Assembly (NCBI GenBank): GCA_022764505.1
Contig: JALEQJ010000024.1
Coordinates: 2,287 to 66,286 of the forward strand
DNA from: Phocaeicola sp.
GTDB taxonomy: Bacteria > Bacteroidota > Bacteroidia > Bacteroidales > Bacteroidaceae
DNA: 64,000 bases
Direction: 5' to 3'
The notes beneath the pieces were generated by a model. It made no database searches and was not told where the DNA came from. It worked only from the letters and a program-made list of their open reading frames with translations. Positions 40,742-51,918 of the stretch are shown here, one piece after another (the stretch's first letter is position 1; every line of letters begins with the position of its first letter). The position numbers and the translations under genes are program-made.

Positions 40742-41359
40742 ATGAAATACACTATGAGAAGTATGCCGGATTTACACGGCAAAGGAAAATCTATCACTTA
40801 TCCTCAATTATTGCATAGTAGTGTGATAAGTACAGATCAAGTAGCTGCAGAACTGCAAGTGAGAAGCTCTTTTACAGTGGGGGATATAAAAGGCCTTATC
40901 TGTAGTTTGGCTACTTATATAGCAGAGCGAACAGCAGAGGGAAGTTCTGTGAGAATAGATGGTTTAGGGACATTTTTCGCTACGTTGCGTTTAGTGGCAG
41001 GAGTGGAGAGAGAAGTAGATGGAGGTACGAAACGAAATGCACGGAGCGTTTGTATACGTACTATCAGATTTAGAGCAAATAGGAAAATGGTAACAGAAGC
41101 GCAGAAATACTGTGTCTTGGAACGAGTACGCTTGCCCGAGCGGAAGAAGAAAGTAATAAACCCGGAAGAACGTCTCAGACTTGCATTGTCTTATATGGCA
41201 GAGAGGGGATTTCTACGTGTGAAAGATTATGCACATCTCACAGGGCTTTCCACTACACAAGCATCTATAGAGCTTAGGAAGTGGAAAGAGGAAGGATATA
41301 TGATTACTTCGGGGAGGGCTACGCACAAGGTGTATATGCTACCACAAGATAAATCATAG
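40742..41359 (+). CDS. HU-like DNA-binding protein with C-terminal winged HTH
   Basis: SSFTVGDIKG...L, V.IDGLGTF and I.FRA HU-like motifs; C-terminal KDYAHLTGLS..QASIELRKW...G; -7 box at 40707. Confidence 0.8.
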   Translation: MKYTMRSMPDLHGKGKSITYPQLLHSSVISTDQVAAELQVRSSFTVGDIKGLICSLATYIAERTAEGSSVRIDGLGTFFATLRLVAGVEREVDGGTKRNARSVCIRTIRFRANRKMVTEAQKYCVLERVRLPERKKKVINPEERLRLALSYMAERGFLRVKDYAHLTGLSTTQASIELRKWKEEGYMITSGRATHKVYMLPQDKS

Positions 41360-41474
41360 AACAATCTACTCAATGGAAAGTTCTTTTTTAGGGTAAGCAC
41401 TTTTCAGAAAGTTCTTAAGCCGGCGTGTAAAAAGCCATTTTCCCCCTAACTTTGCACTTTGAAATAATAAGTGT

Positions 41475-43640
41475 ATGAGGGAACTGTTGAAGAAACAATG
41501 GGAAGGAACATTACAGCAAGTGAGAGCTTTCTGGATAAGGAGCTTCTGGACGAAGCCGGATAGTTTATGGGCATTGAAGGTTACATTGTCTGTAAGCTTG
41601 TTCGTGATAGTGGCGGTTTTTATAGGTGAGCCTTTTGTAGGTGTTACTTTAGCATTAGGAGCTGTAGGAGCTTCATTGGCAGAGAACGATGACCACCCTC
41701 ATGGAAGAGTGAAAACTTTTATCCTGACTATTGTAAGTTTTCTTATAGTCAGCTTTTTTGTAGAGTTGCTGAAACCTTATCCTGTCTTTTTTGCCATAGG
41801 CTTCGCTCTTACCATTTTTACGCTGACCATATTGGCAGGAATCCGTCCACGTTATCAAGGTATTTCCTTTGCCGCTTTATTGGTGTCTATCTATGCTATG
41901 TTGGGAGCAGGTGTGAAACCTTGGTATTATCAGCCTATCCTACTTCCTGCAGGTGGTGCTATCTATGGAACTATTTCTACGATATTGCTGTATGTACGTC
42001 CTTATCGTCTACTGCAAGAACAGTTGGCGCAAGCCTATAAGTCGCTGGCTACATATATAGAAATGAAGTCAAAGCTCTTTCCTTCCACATGGGAAGTCCA
42101 AAAAAGTATCCGAACCGACTTAGCACAACAGAATATAGCGATAGAGCGTTGTATAGAGGGGGTAAAACAAGTTCTTTTTTCAGCTGCTTATGAACTGAAA
42201 AGCAGAGGAGAGGGCTTAGAGGCTATTTCACCTTATTATAATAGATGGCTACTTCTGCAACAACTGCATGAGCGTGTAGTTTCCAGTCATCAGCGTTATG
42301 ATATTTTGGCACTTAGTACAAAGAAAAGCCCTAAAGACAGCCTGATAGTAGAGGGCTTCGGGAGAATGCTCCATGAAATAGCCTTTGCGATAAAACGGTA
42401 TGCAGACAGTTTGCTTACGGGAGAAACCTATGTGTATCCTGTCAGCTTGAAATGGACTATTGCTTCTATGAAGACCCTATTGATGGGTAGTAAGGACGCA
42501 CCGGAGTATCCGGCTATGACTTTACTTTACGAAAATTTACGTGCTGTAGGGAAGATGCTCAATGATGTAGATCATATTTATGCTCATATTCCTATAGAGG
42601 AGCTAAACTTTACTCCTCCTTCTTGGAAAGAACGTTTTTTATCCTTGTTGGATAGAAAAAATCTAAGGTTTCAGCACGCTATTCGTCTTACTATCTGTCT
42701 GCTTGCAGGTTTTGCTATTATGTATGGGTTTGATTTGGTAAAAGGCGATTGGATAATGCTCACTTCCCTCTTTGTTTGTCAGCAGAGCTATACGGCGACG
42801 CGTCAGCGTATAGGCGAAAGAATTTTAGGAACTGTATTGGGGGTGGTATTGGGAATTTTGTTGGCACGTATGATGCCTACTATGCTGGGGCAAGTTACTA
42901 TGCTTATCGTAACCATTTATCTCTTCTTCTATTGGACACGAAAAAAATATTATGTGGCAGTAACTTTCATTACTATCTTTGTTATAGCCGCCTTCAATAT
43001 CCAAACAGGTATGGGAGCAGCATTGATGGAGCAAAGATTGCTACACACCCTTATAGGTGCAGGATTAGCCTTTGCTGCGGTACGTTTTATTTGGCCGGAT
43101 TGGCAATATCGTCATTTACCCCAATCTATGAAAACAGCCATTCTCGCCAATAAAGCTTACTTTGATGTAATTTGGGAAGGAGATAAGCGAGGACACGCTT
43201 ATTATGTAGCCCGTAGAGTGGCTCATCAAGCAGACAATGCCATAGCTACAGCTTGGAGAGGTATGTTCGTAGAACCGAAAAGCAAGCGTTTCTTGCAGAA
43301 AAAAGCCTATGACTTGACCTATCAAAATCATTGCTTGCTTTCCTATATTTCTGCTTTAGGTGCACATTATTACGAAAAACCAATGACAGAAGATGCTCGG
43401 GAAATTTGTACAAAGGTAAGTGCTGTCTTAGATGCTGCTATTGTAGCTTTGGAAACCGGTGAAGTGAAAGAAGACTTTACGAAATATGAGATGAGAAAAT
43501 GGGAAGCCACCTTGTGGAAAGAAAAAACAGAGGGAAAGGAAGAGCTTATGGTGTTACTATACAATATAGCCCATACTTCGGACGAACTCCTGAGAGAAAT
43601 TGTGATTTGGAGGAAATCTATTTCTACTACAGAATCTTAA
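41475..43640 (+). CDS. FUSC / YccS-YhfK family membrane protein
   Basis: Two TM blocks; FQHAIRL, WIMLT..FVCQQSY.AT..R..ER..GT..G and YYVARR.AH.ADN motifs. Confidence 0.88.
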   Translation: MRELLKKQWEGTLQQVRAFWIRSFWTKPDSLWALKVTLSVSLFVIVAVFIGEPFVGVTLALGAVGASLAENDDHPHGRVKTFILTIVSFLIVSFFVELLKPYPVFFAIGFALTIFTLTILAGIRPRYQGISFAALLVSIYAMLGAGVKPWYYQPILLPAGGAIYGTISTILLYVRPYRLLQEQLAQAYKSLATYIEMKSKLFPSTWEVQKSIRTDLAQQNIAIERCIEGVKQVLFSAAYELKSRGEGLEAISPYYNRWLLLQQLHERVVSSHQRYDILALSTKKSPKDSLIVEGFGRMLHEIAFAIKRYADSLLTGETYVYPVSLKWTIASMKTLLMGSKDAPEYPAMTLLYENLRAVGKMLNDVDHIYAHIPIEELNFTPPSWKERFLSLLDRKNLRFQHAIRLTICLLAGFAIMYGFDLVKGDWIMLTSLFVCQQSYTATRQRIGERILGTVLGVVLGILLARMMPTMLGQVTMLIVTIYLFFYWTRKKYYVAVTFITIFVIAAFNIQTGMGAALMEQRLLHTLIGAGLAFAAVRFIWPDWQYRHLPQSMKTAILANKAYFDVIWEGDKRGHAYYVARRVAHQADNAIATAWRGMFVEPKSKRFLQKKAYDLTYQNHCLLSYISALGAHYYEKPMTEDAREICTKVSAVLDAAIVALETGEVKEDFTKYEMRKWEATLWKEKTEGKEELMVLLYNIAHTSDELLREIVIWRKSISTTES

Positions 43641-43758
43641 AAACTCTGTAGTTCTTCTGAGAAAATGATAAATAGCACGTAAAAAATAGATGGATACATT
43701 GTGCTATGAAAGAAAGTATTTATATTTGAGGCGTATTATCAACCAAAAAAACTTTTTT

Positions 43759-44460
43759 ATGGAAGTAAAAAAATCTCCCAAAGCCGACCTTAATAGAGGT
43801 AGACTTACAGGAACATTGGTAGGGTTAATACTCGTATTAGTAGGAATTTTTGTGGCATTCGAATGGACCGAGTATGACAAAAAAATCTCTGCTGATAGTG
43901 GTATCGTAGAACCAATGTTTGAAGAAGAAATGATTCCGATTACGGAACAACAAGAGCCGGAAAATGCTCCACCTCCTCCCGAAGCTCCAAAAGTGGAAGA
44001 AGTGATCCAAATTGCAGAAAACGATGCGAAAGTACAAGAAAGTACCATTCGTTCCAGTGAAGAAACAAAAACTGCGGTGGAAATCAAGTACACTCCGAAG
44101 CAAGTGGTAGCACCGGTAGAAGAAGCAGAACCAGATGATAAGGTTCCTTTTACTGTGGTGGAACAAATGCCGGAATTCCCTGATGGTGGTATGGCGGGTT
44201 GTATCAAATTCTTGCAGTCTAATGCGAAATACCCTGCTATATCTCAAGAAAATGGTATGCAAGGTCGTGTTACAGTGCAGTTTGTGGTAGAAAGAGATGG
44301 TTCTATTACAGATGCAAAAGTGGTGAAATCTATTGATCCTTATTTGGACAAAGAAGCACTACGTGTAGTAAACTCTATGCCAAAATGGAAGCCAGGTAGA
44401 CAGCTTGGTAAGCCGGTGCGCGTGAGATACTCTGTTCCTGTAACATTCAGATTGCAGTAA
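43759..44460 (+). CDS. tonB: Energy transducer TonB
   Basis: MEVKKSPKADL, N-terminal TM, PPPP linker, VEQMPEFP and KYP..SQENG.QGRV.VQFVV..DG motifs. Confidence 0.92.
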   Translation: MEVKKSPKADLNRGRLTGTLVGLILVLVGIFVAFEWTEYDKKISADSGIVEPMFEEEMIPITEQQEPENAPPPPEAPKVEEVIQIAENDAKVQESTIRSSEETKTAVEIKYTPKQVVAPVEEAEPDDKVPFTVVEQMPEFPDGGMAGCIKFLQSNAKYPAISQENGMQGRVTVQFVVERDGSITDAKVVKSIDPYLDKEALRVVNSMPKWKPGRQLGKPVRVRYSVPVTFRLQ

Positions 44461-44481
44461 AAGTAAAACGCAAAAAAATGG

Positions 44482-44507
44482 AAAGCTGCTCGCAAGAGCA
44501 GCTTTTT
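44482..44507 (+). terminator. Terminator after tonB
   Basis: AAAGCTGCTC-GCAA-GAGCAGCTTTTT. Confidence 0.85.
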
Positions 44508-44560
44508 ATTTATATAAAAACCACTCTATAGCATATGTTATAATAACTCAAGAAACAACT

Positions 44561-45544
44561 ATGAAACAGTTTACAGCAAACGAATTACTGGATTCTTTTT
44601 CTCAATATATCTCCCAGCTCACTTATGCCAAAGAACCGTATGCGCTCTATGCCCCTATAGACTATGTACTGCCTACGGGAGGAAAACGGGTACGTCCAAT
44701 TCTTATGCTTTTGGCATATAATTTATATAAGGAGGATATAACCACTATATTCTCACAAGCCACAGCACTGGAAACATACCATAATTTCACTTTACTGCAC
44801 GATGACTTGATGGACGGGGCAGATATGCGTAGAGGAATACCTACAGTGCATAAAAAGTGGAATGCCAATACTGCTATTCTCTCGGGAGATGCAATGCTCA
44901 TTCTAGCCAATCAGCTTATGCTTATAGATTGTCCTACAGATAAATTGGCTGCTGTATTGAAAGAATTTATGCAAGCCGAAATGGAAGTTTGTGAAGGACA
45001 GCAATGGGACGTAGACTTTGAGGAACGGACAGACGTTTCTATAGAGGAGTATATAGAAATGATACGTCTGAAAACTTCTGTATTGCTGGGTGTAGCATTG
45101 AAAATAGGAGCCATATTGGGAGGAGCATCTGTAGAAGATGCGCAGCACTTGTATGATTTTGGTATAAAGATGGGTTTATCTTTTCAGTTGCAAGATGATT
45201 ACTTGGACGTGTATGGGGATCCTAAAACCTTTGGCAAAATGATAGGTGGAGATATTCTTAATAATAAAAAGACGTTTATGCTCATCACAGCCTTGGAAAG
45301 AGCTGAAGGAGAAGATGCTATCGCACTGAAAAAATGGATAAGTAGCAAAGACTTCCAGCCTGAAGAAAAAATTAAGGCGGTAACGGAAATTTATAATCGC
45401 TTAGATATACCGGCATTGTGCCAAGAAAAAATGAATGCTTTGTATGAGGAAGGATTGGCTCTCTTAAATAAGGTCAGTGTAACTCCTTCTCGGAAAACAG
45501 AACTACGTACTTATGTAGAACGTCTGATGAAAAGGAATAAATAA
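44561..45544 (+). CDS. ispA: Polyprenyl diphosphate synthase (IspA-type)
   Basis: GGKRVRP, LLHDDLMD...RRG, EGQQ.D, KTS and FQLQDDYLD motifs. Confidence 0.9.
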   Translation: MKQFTANELLDSFSQYISQLTYAKEPYALYAPIDYVLPTGGKRVRPILMLLAYNLYKEDITTIFSQATALETYHNFTLLHDDLMDGADMRRGIPTVHKKWNANTAILSGDAMLILANQLMLIDCPTDKLAAVLKEFMQAEMEVCEGQQWDVDFEERTDVSIEEYIEMIRLKTSVLLGVALKIGAILGGASVEDAQHLYDFGIKMGLSFQLQDDYLDVYGDPKTFGKMIGGDILNNKKTFMLITALERAEGEDAIALKKWISSKDFQPEEKIKAVTEIYNRLDIPALCQEKMNALYEEGLALLNKVSVTPSRKTELRTYVERLMKRNK

Positions 45545-45549
45545 AGGAT

Positions 45550-46314
45550 ATGATAGATACGCATACACACTTATATGTAGAAGAATACGACGCAGATAGG
45601 GCTGAAATGTTTAGCAGAGCTACAGACGCAGGAGTAACCCACTTTTTTCTCCCCAATGTAGATGTAGATAGTATAGACAGGTTACTCCGGACTTGTATGG
45701 AACATAAGCATTGCTATCCACTTATGGGGTTGCACCCTACTTCTGTGGGCAAGAACTGGAAACAACAGTTGGAGAAGATGAAACCCTATTTTTGCGGAGA
45801 GCAGAAAATGTGGGGAGTAGGAGAGGTGGGTTTGGATCTGTATTGGGATAAAACCTATCTCAAAGAACAATGCTTGGCATTTGATGTGCAAATTCAGTGG
45901 GCTTTAGAATATGATTTGCCCTTGATTATACACGTAAGAGATGCCTTCCCTGAATTATTCCAAGTCTTATCTCCTTATAAAAATACCCCTTTGAAAGGTA
46001 TTTTCCATAGTTTTACAGGAACGAAAGAAGATGCTGTAGAGGCTTTGGCATACAAAGAATTTATGCTGGGTATAAATGGTGTGGTTACATTTAAGAACAG
46101 CAATCTTTCTTGTGTATTGGAAAGCGTTCCTGTAGAACGGGTCGTTTTAGAAACAGATGCACCTTATTTGACCCCTGTTCCTTATAGAGGAAAAAGAAAT
46201 GAAAGTGCCTATCTACCCTTCATCGCTCAGAAAATAGCAGATGTATATCATCTGTCATACGACGAAATTATAGCAAAAACTACCCAAAATGCGCTGAAAG
46301 TCTTCTATAAATGA
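45550..46314 (+). CDS. tatD: TatD family deoxyribonuclease
   Basis: IDTHTH, G.HP, GEVGLD, IIH.R and LETDAPYL.PVP.RGKRNE motifs. Confidence 0.95.
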   Translation: MIDTHTHLYVEEYDADRAEMFSRATDAGVTHFFLPNVDVDSIDRLLRTCMEHKHCYPLMGLHPTSVGKNWKQQLEKMKPYFCGEQKMWGVGEVGLDLYWDKTYLKEQCLAFDVQIQWALEYDLPLIIHVRDAFPELFQVLSPYKNTPLKGIFHSFTGTKEDAVEALAYKEFMLGINGVVTFKNSNLSCVLESVPVERVVLETDAPYLTPVPYRGKRNESAYLPFIAQKIADVYHLSYDEIIAKTTQNALKVFYK

Positions 46315-46456
46315 CTTGCGAAGCTTTTCTGTAGTTGTTCCTTAGTCGCTAATTTACAGGTATTTTGTAGGTTTAACAATAAAAAAACTCTACATTTGTA
46401 GAGATAAACGCTTGTTCTATGCTTGTTTTAATTATTTTTGCAAGCGAATGTACAAA

Positions 46457-46544
46457 GGAGAGATGCTCGAGTGGTTGAAGAGGCACGCCTGGAAAGCGTG
46501 TAAACGTCAAAAGCGTTTCACGGGTTCGAATCCCGTTCTCTCCG
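46457..46544 (+). tRNA. tRNA-Ser (GGA)
   Basis: Acceptor stem GGAGAGA/TCTCTCC, anticodon arm CACGC-CTGGAAA-GCGTG, long variable arm, GGTTCGAATCC T-loop; CCA not encoded; -7 box at 46433. Confidence 0.97.
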
Positions 46545-46624
46545 CAAACAGAAATGTTGAAAAAGAAGAAAACAATAACAAGTAAAACAATCAAAATTTT
46601 TAATCCTAAAAAATTAAACGCACA

Positions 46625-47443
46625 ATGAAAAAGTTTTTTGCAATCATTGCAGTGATGGGAGTCTTAACATTTGGTATGACTCAAACTATCTTGGCACAAG
46701 AAAGTACAGAAAATGCACCTGTACAAACAGAAGAAGTCGTTGCAAATGAAGAAGCAGCTAATGAATCTGTAGAAGCCGTAGAAGTAGAAGCTGCAGAAAG
46801 TGGTTCTTTCTTCAAAGAAATGAAAACAAAGTTCATCGAAGGTAATGTTGTGTTTATGTCTCCTGTAGCCTTGGCTTTATTGCTTGGTTTGGCACTGTGT
46901 ATTGAACGTATCATCTATCTTACATTGGCAGAAGTAAATTCTAAGAAATTGATGGGAGAAATTGAAGCAGCATTGGAAAAAGGCGATCTCGAAGGTGCAA
47001 AAGAAATAGCACGTAACACTCGTGGTCCTATCGCTTCTATTTGCTATCAAGGTTTGATGAGAGTAAACGAAGGTTTGGACGTAGTAGAACGCTCTGTAGT
47101 ATCTTACGGTGGTGTACAAGCTGGTTACCTTGAAAAAGGCTGTTCTTGGATTACTTTGTTTATCGCATTGGCTCCATCTCTCGGGTTCTTCGGAACAGTG
47201 GTTGGTATGGTGCAAGCATTTGACGATATCCAAGCAGCAGGTGATATCTCTCCTACAGTCGTAGCAGGTGGTATGAAAGTGGCGTTGATCACTACTATCT
47301 TCGGTTTGATCGTTGCTATGCTTCTCCAAGTATTCTACAACTATATTTTGACTAAAATTGAAAGCATCACAAGCGATATGGAAGACTCTTCTATCACATT
47401 GCTTGACTTGATCATGAAATACAACTTGAAGTTCAAAAAATAA
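46625..47443 (+). CDS. exbB: MotA/TolQ/ExbB proton channel protein
   Basis: APSLGFFGTV.GMVQAF and VVAGGMKVALITT.FGL motifs. Confidence 0.92.
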   Translation: MKKFFAIIAVMGVLTFGMTQTILAQESTENAPVQTEEVVANEEAANESVEAVEVEAAESGSFFKEMKTKFIEGNVVFMSPVALALLLGLALCIERIIYLTLAEVNSKKLMGEIEAALEKGDLEGAKEIARNTRGPIASICYQGLMRVNEGLDVVERSVVSYGGVQAGYLEKGCSWITLFIALAPSLGFFGTVVGMVQAFDDIQAAGDISPTVVAGGMKVALITTIFGLIVAMLLQVFYNYILTKIESITSDMEDSSITLLDLIMKYNLKFKK

Positions 47444-47455
47444 TACATAGAAAGA

Positions 47456-47896
47456 ATGACTAAATCATATAAAACATCTTACTACGTATTATATGCCTTG
47501 ATTGCAGTCATTGTAGCTGTATTTGGTATATTCTTCTTGGTAGGATACGACAATTTTGAAGGGACTTTGAGAGTTCCTACCAATACAGGTCTTTTGGTAA
47601 ATCTGATGTACATATTGTCTGCAGTAACTTTTGTTATGTTCCTCTTGGGAGTTTTGAAAGAATTGCTCACAGCTAAGAAAGTACGTTTGTTCGGTGCTTT
47701 GGCTTTTATAGCTCTACTCCTCGTTACTTTCTTCATAGGTTCTACAGAATCTTTGAAATTGGCTGATGGAACTTTGGTAGACAGTGTATCTACACTTCGC
47801 TTTGCCAATATGTCTTTGTTCTCTATCGCTCTCTTGCTGATCGTAACAGTATGTGTTACTGCTTTCAGCGTAGTGAAAGGCTTAGCTAAAAAATAA
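47456..47896 (+). CDS. Hypothetical 4-TM membrane protein in the exbB-exbD operon
   Basis: Four hydrophobic segments; in-operon spacing of 12 nt. Confidence 0.8.
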   Translation: MTKSYKTSYYVLYALIAVIVAVFGIFFLVGYDNFEGTLRVPTNTGLLVNLMYILSAVTFVMFLLGVLKELLTAKKVRLFGALAFIALLLVTFFIGSTESLKLADGTLVDSVSTLRFANMSLFSIALLLIVTVCVTAFSVVKGLAKK

Positions 47897-47943
47897 TATC
47901 AGGACATTGATATCCTATAATCAATTAAAAACGAAGTAAGAAA

Positions 47944-48531
47944 ATGGCAAAAGGAAATAGAAAAGTCCCTGGAATCAATTCAAGTTCTACGGCAGACATC
48001 GCTTTCATCTTGCTGATCTTCTTCCTTATTACAACATCAATGGATACTGACCGTGGTTTGGCGAGACGTTTACCACCTCCCCCCGAAACACAGGAACAGA
48101 AAAATGATATTATTGTTAAGGAACGAAACGTTTTCCAAGTACGTATCAACAAGGATAACCAGTTGATGGTAGCAGGAGAATGGTCAGACATAAGACAACT
48201 CAGAGCGAAAGCTAAAGAATTTATTGATAATCCAACAGATAATCCAAACCTCCCAGAAAAGCACTTGAAGAATATACCTTTCTTTGGTGATGTTATGGTT
48301 ACAGAAAAACACGTTATTTCTGTACAAAATGACTTGGGAACTAGTTATGGAGCTTACTTGGAAGTGCAAAACGAACTCGTAGCTGCTTACAATGAATTGC
48401 GTAACGAATTGGCGCAAAAACAATTCGGTAAAACTTACGAAGCATGTAATAGCGAACAAAGAGATGCGATAGCACAGTATTATCCACAAAAAATCTCTGA
48501 AGCGGAACCTAAAAAATATGGAGGAAAATAA
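47944..48531 (+). CDS. exbD: ExbD/TolR family protein
   Basis: INSSSTADIAF.LLIFFL.TT motif. Confidence 0.9.
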   Translation: MAKGNRKVPGINSSSTADIAFILLIFFLITTSMDTDRGLARRLPPPPETQEQKNDIIVKERNVFQVRINKDNQLMVAGEWSDIRQLRAKAKEFIDNPTDNPNLPEKHLKNIPFFGDVMVTEKHVISVQNDLGTSYGAYLEVQNELVAAYNELRNELAQKQFGKTYEACNSEQRDAIAQYYPQKISEAEPKKYGGK

Positions 48532-48533
48532 CA

Positions 48534-48998
48534 ATGGGAAAATTTAATAAATCAGGAAAGCGCGGTATGCCGGAGTTGAATACATCTTCTCTACCTGACC
48601 TTATTTTTACCATGTTGTTCTTCTTTATGATTGTAACAACTATGCGTGAAGTTACGCTGAAGGTGCAATTTAGGGTTCCAGCCGCTACAGAATTGGAAAA
48701 GCTTGAGAAAAAGTCATTGGTATCATTTATCTATATAGGAAAACCACTTCCTGAATACCAAAAGAAGTATGGTACAGCTGAACAAATTCAGTTGAACGAT
48801 AAGCTTACAGAGGCTTCAGATGTGCAAGACTATATTTACCAAGAACGTGAGAATATGAAAGAAGAGGATAAACCTTTTATGACTGTATCACTCAAGGTAG
48901 ATCAAGATGCTAAGATGGGTATTGTAACAGATGTAAAACAAGCATTGCGCCAAGCGTATGCTTTGAAGATAAATTACTCTGCGACTCAACGCCACTAA
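48534..48998 (+). CDS. exbD: Second ExbD/TolR family protein
   Basis: LNTSSLPDLIF..LFFFMIVT and LKVD....MG.VTDVKQ.LR motifs. Confidence 0.9.
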   Translation: MGKFNKSGKRGMPELNTSSLPDLIFTMLFFFMIVTTMREVTLKVQFRVPAATELEKLEKKSLVSFIYIGKPLPEYQKKYGTAEQIQLNDKLTEASDVQDYIYQERENMKEEDKPFMTVSLKVDQDAKMGIVTDVKQALRQAYALKINYSATQRH

Positions 48999-49018
48999 TT
49001 AAGCTCATATAAATACAC

Positions 49019-49060
49019 TAAACAGCGAAATCTCATTATACGAGGTTTCGCTGTTTTTTT
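49019..49060 (+). terminator. Terminator after the exbBDD operon
   Basis: AACAGCGAAATCTC...GAGGTTTCGCTGTTTTTTT. Confidence 0.85.
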
Positions 49061-49097
49061 TATCTTTGTAGAAAGAGTGTGTATTGACTTAAAATAG

Positions 49098-50618
<1,521 letters not shown>

Positions 50619-50637
50619 TTAAAGTCATAATCATAAG

Positions 50638-50677
50638 AAGCAGGTATGTGGAAGTTTCTTTTCTGCTACCTGCTTTT
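50638..50677 (+). terminator. Probable terminator after guaB
   Basis: AAGCAGGTA...TACCTGCTTTT. Confidence 0.55.
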
Positions 50678-50688
50678 ATTGCTTTCTT

Positions 50689-51918
50689 ATGTATATAAAT
50701 TCATTCACAGCCCTATTTACTTGCCTCTTTTTGTTTTGTCAAGCACACTCTTTGTATTCTCAGAGTGATGCAAAAGTTGCTTTTACTATAGATGGTGAGC
50801 CCGTATTACAGTCGGAAGTACTGCAACTTTACACACGTTTATCTGTGGAGGAACAAAAAAAATTGTCTTTCAAAGATTACTTACCTATCTATATTCGCTA
50901 TAAACTGAAGGTAAAAGATGCCCGGCGATTAGGTTATGATACTCTATCAGCCTATAAACTCCAGCGAGATGCACTGTATAGAGGTAATCAGGCAAAGGCT
51001 ACGACTATGCGTATGCATACGGATTCTCGTTTGACAGCTTTTGATCACTATTCTATTTTGGTGCGTCAAGATGCAGGAAACACTGTTTTTGAGGAAGCTA
51101 AGACTGTCATAGAAAAGGTTTATAGAGATCTTTCTAATGGGTCTTCTGCAGAGGCTGTTCGGAGGAAATACCAGCTTTCAGATCAGAATGTTTTCGGACA
51201 AACGAGTGAGGGAGTGGTGGATATAAGTCTGCTTCTACCGGAAGTTGCCACTCAAGTACAGCATTTGTCCGTAGGAGAGTTTTCTTCTCCTTTCTCTTCT
51301 CCATTGGGCTGGCACATTGTATTTCGTAAATCTGTGCCTATGGCTATGCAATCGCCCGATATGCTCTCTTCTTCCGTGCCTTTTTCTTTGGAAGAGGAGC
51401 GTGTAGTTGCAGAAGGATTGTTGGCTTATTTTTGGGATAACGCACAGAGTCTTCCAATGTCTTCTGTGATTTCTGATAAGGACTTGAATGCCTATTTTGA
51501 GGCGCATAAAAAGGATTATAAATGGGATACACCTCGTTTTAGCGGAGGGGTTATTCATTGTTCTGATAAGAAAACAGCCAAATCGCTTCGTAAAGTGCTC
51601 AGAAAACTTCCTGTAGAGAAGTGGGCAATGATAGTACAACAGCTTAATGAAGCTGAGGGAAAAACGATAGCTATAGTAGAGACCGGTTTATATAAATGGG
51701 GAGAAAATCCTTACGTAGACGAGAAGATTTTTGTAGGAAGAGCTACAAAGCCTGTTAGTCCCGATTTGCCCGTTTGTCTTGTGGTAGGCAAGAAACTGAA
51801 GAAAGCTAGAACCTACAGAGATGTATACGAACAAGTCTTGCAGGACTATAAGGAACAGCAGGGAGGTGATGCTATAGAAGAATTGGAAAAACGCTATTCG
51901 GTTCGTATCTTATTATAA
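50689..51918 (+). CDS. Parvulin-type peptidylprolyl isomerase / periplasmic chaperone
   Basis: Signal peptide; [14 protein letters not shown] parvulin motif; E.GLL..W and YF..HK.DY.W..PR motifs. Confidence 0.8.
   Translation: MYINSFTALFTCLFLFCQAHSLYSQSDAKVAFTIDGEPVLQSEVLQLYTRLSVEEQKKLSFKDYLPIYIRYKLKVKDARRLGYDTLSAYKLQRDALYRGNQAKATTMRMHTDSRLTAFDHYSILVRQDAGNTVFEEAKTVIEKVYRDLSNGSSAEAVRRKYQLSDQNVFGQTSEGVVDISLLLPEVATQVQHLSVGEFSSPFSSPLGWHIVFRKSVPMAMQSPDMLSSSVPFSLEEERVVAEGLLAYFWDNAQSLPMSSVISDKDLNAYFEAHKKDYKWDTPRFSGGVIHCSDKKTAKSLRKVLRKLPVEKWAMIVQQLNEAEGKTIAIVETGLYKWGENPYVDEKIFVGRATKPVSPDLPVCLVVGKKLKKARTYRDVYEQVLQDYKEQQGGDAIEELEKRYSVRILL

Noticed and set aside
41370-41420. GAAAGTTCTT direct repeat between the HU-like and FUSC genes
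   Set aside because: Only two 10-nt copies and no similarity to the palindromic-unit family; insufficient support for a binding site.
46457-46620. tRNA-Ser as an island integration site
   Set aside because: No duplicated tRNA 3' end elsewhere in the window, no integrase, and the downstream genes are core.
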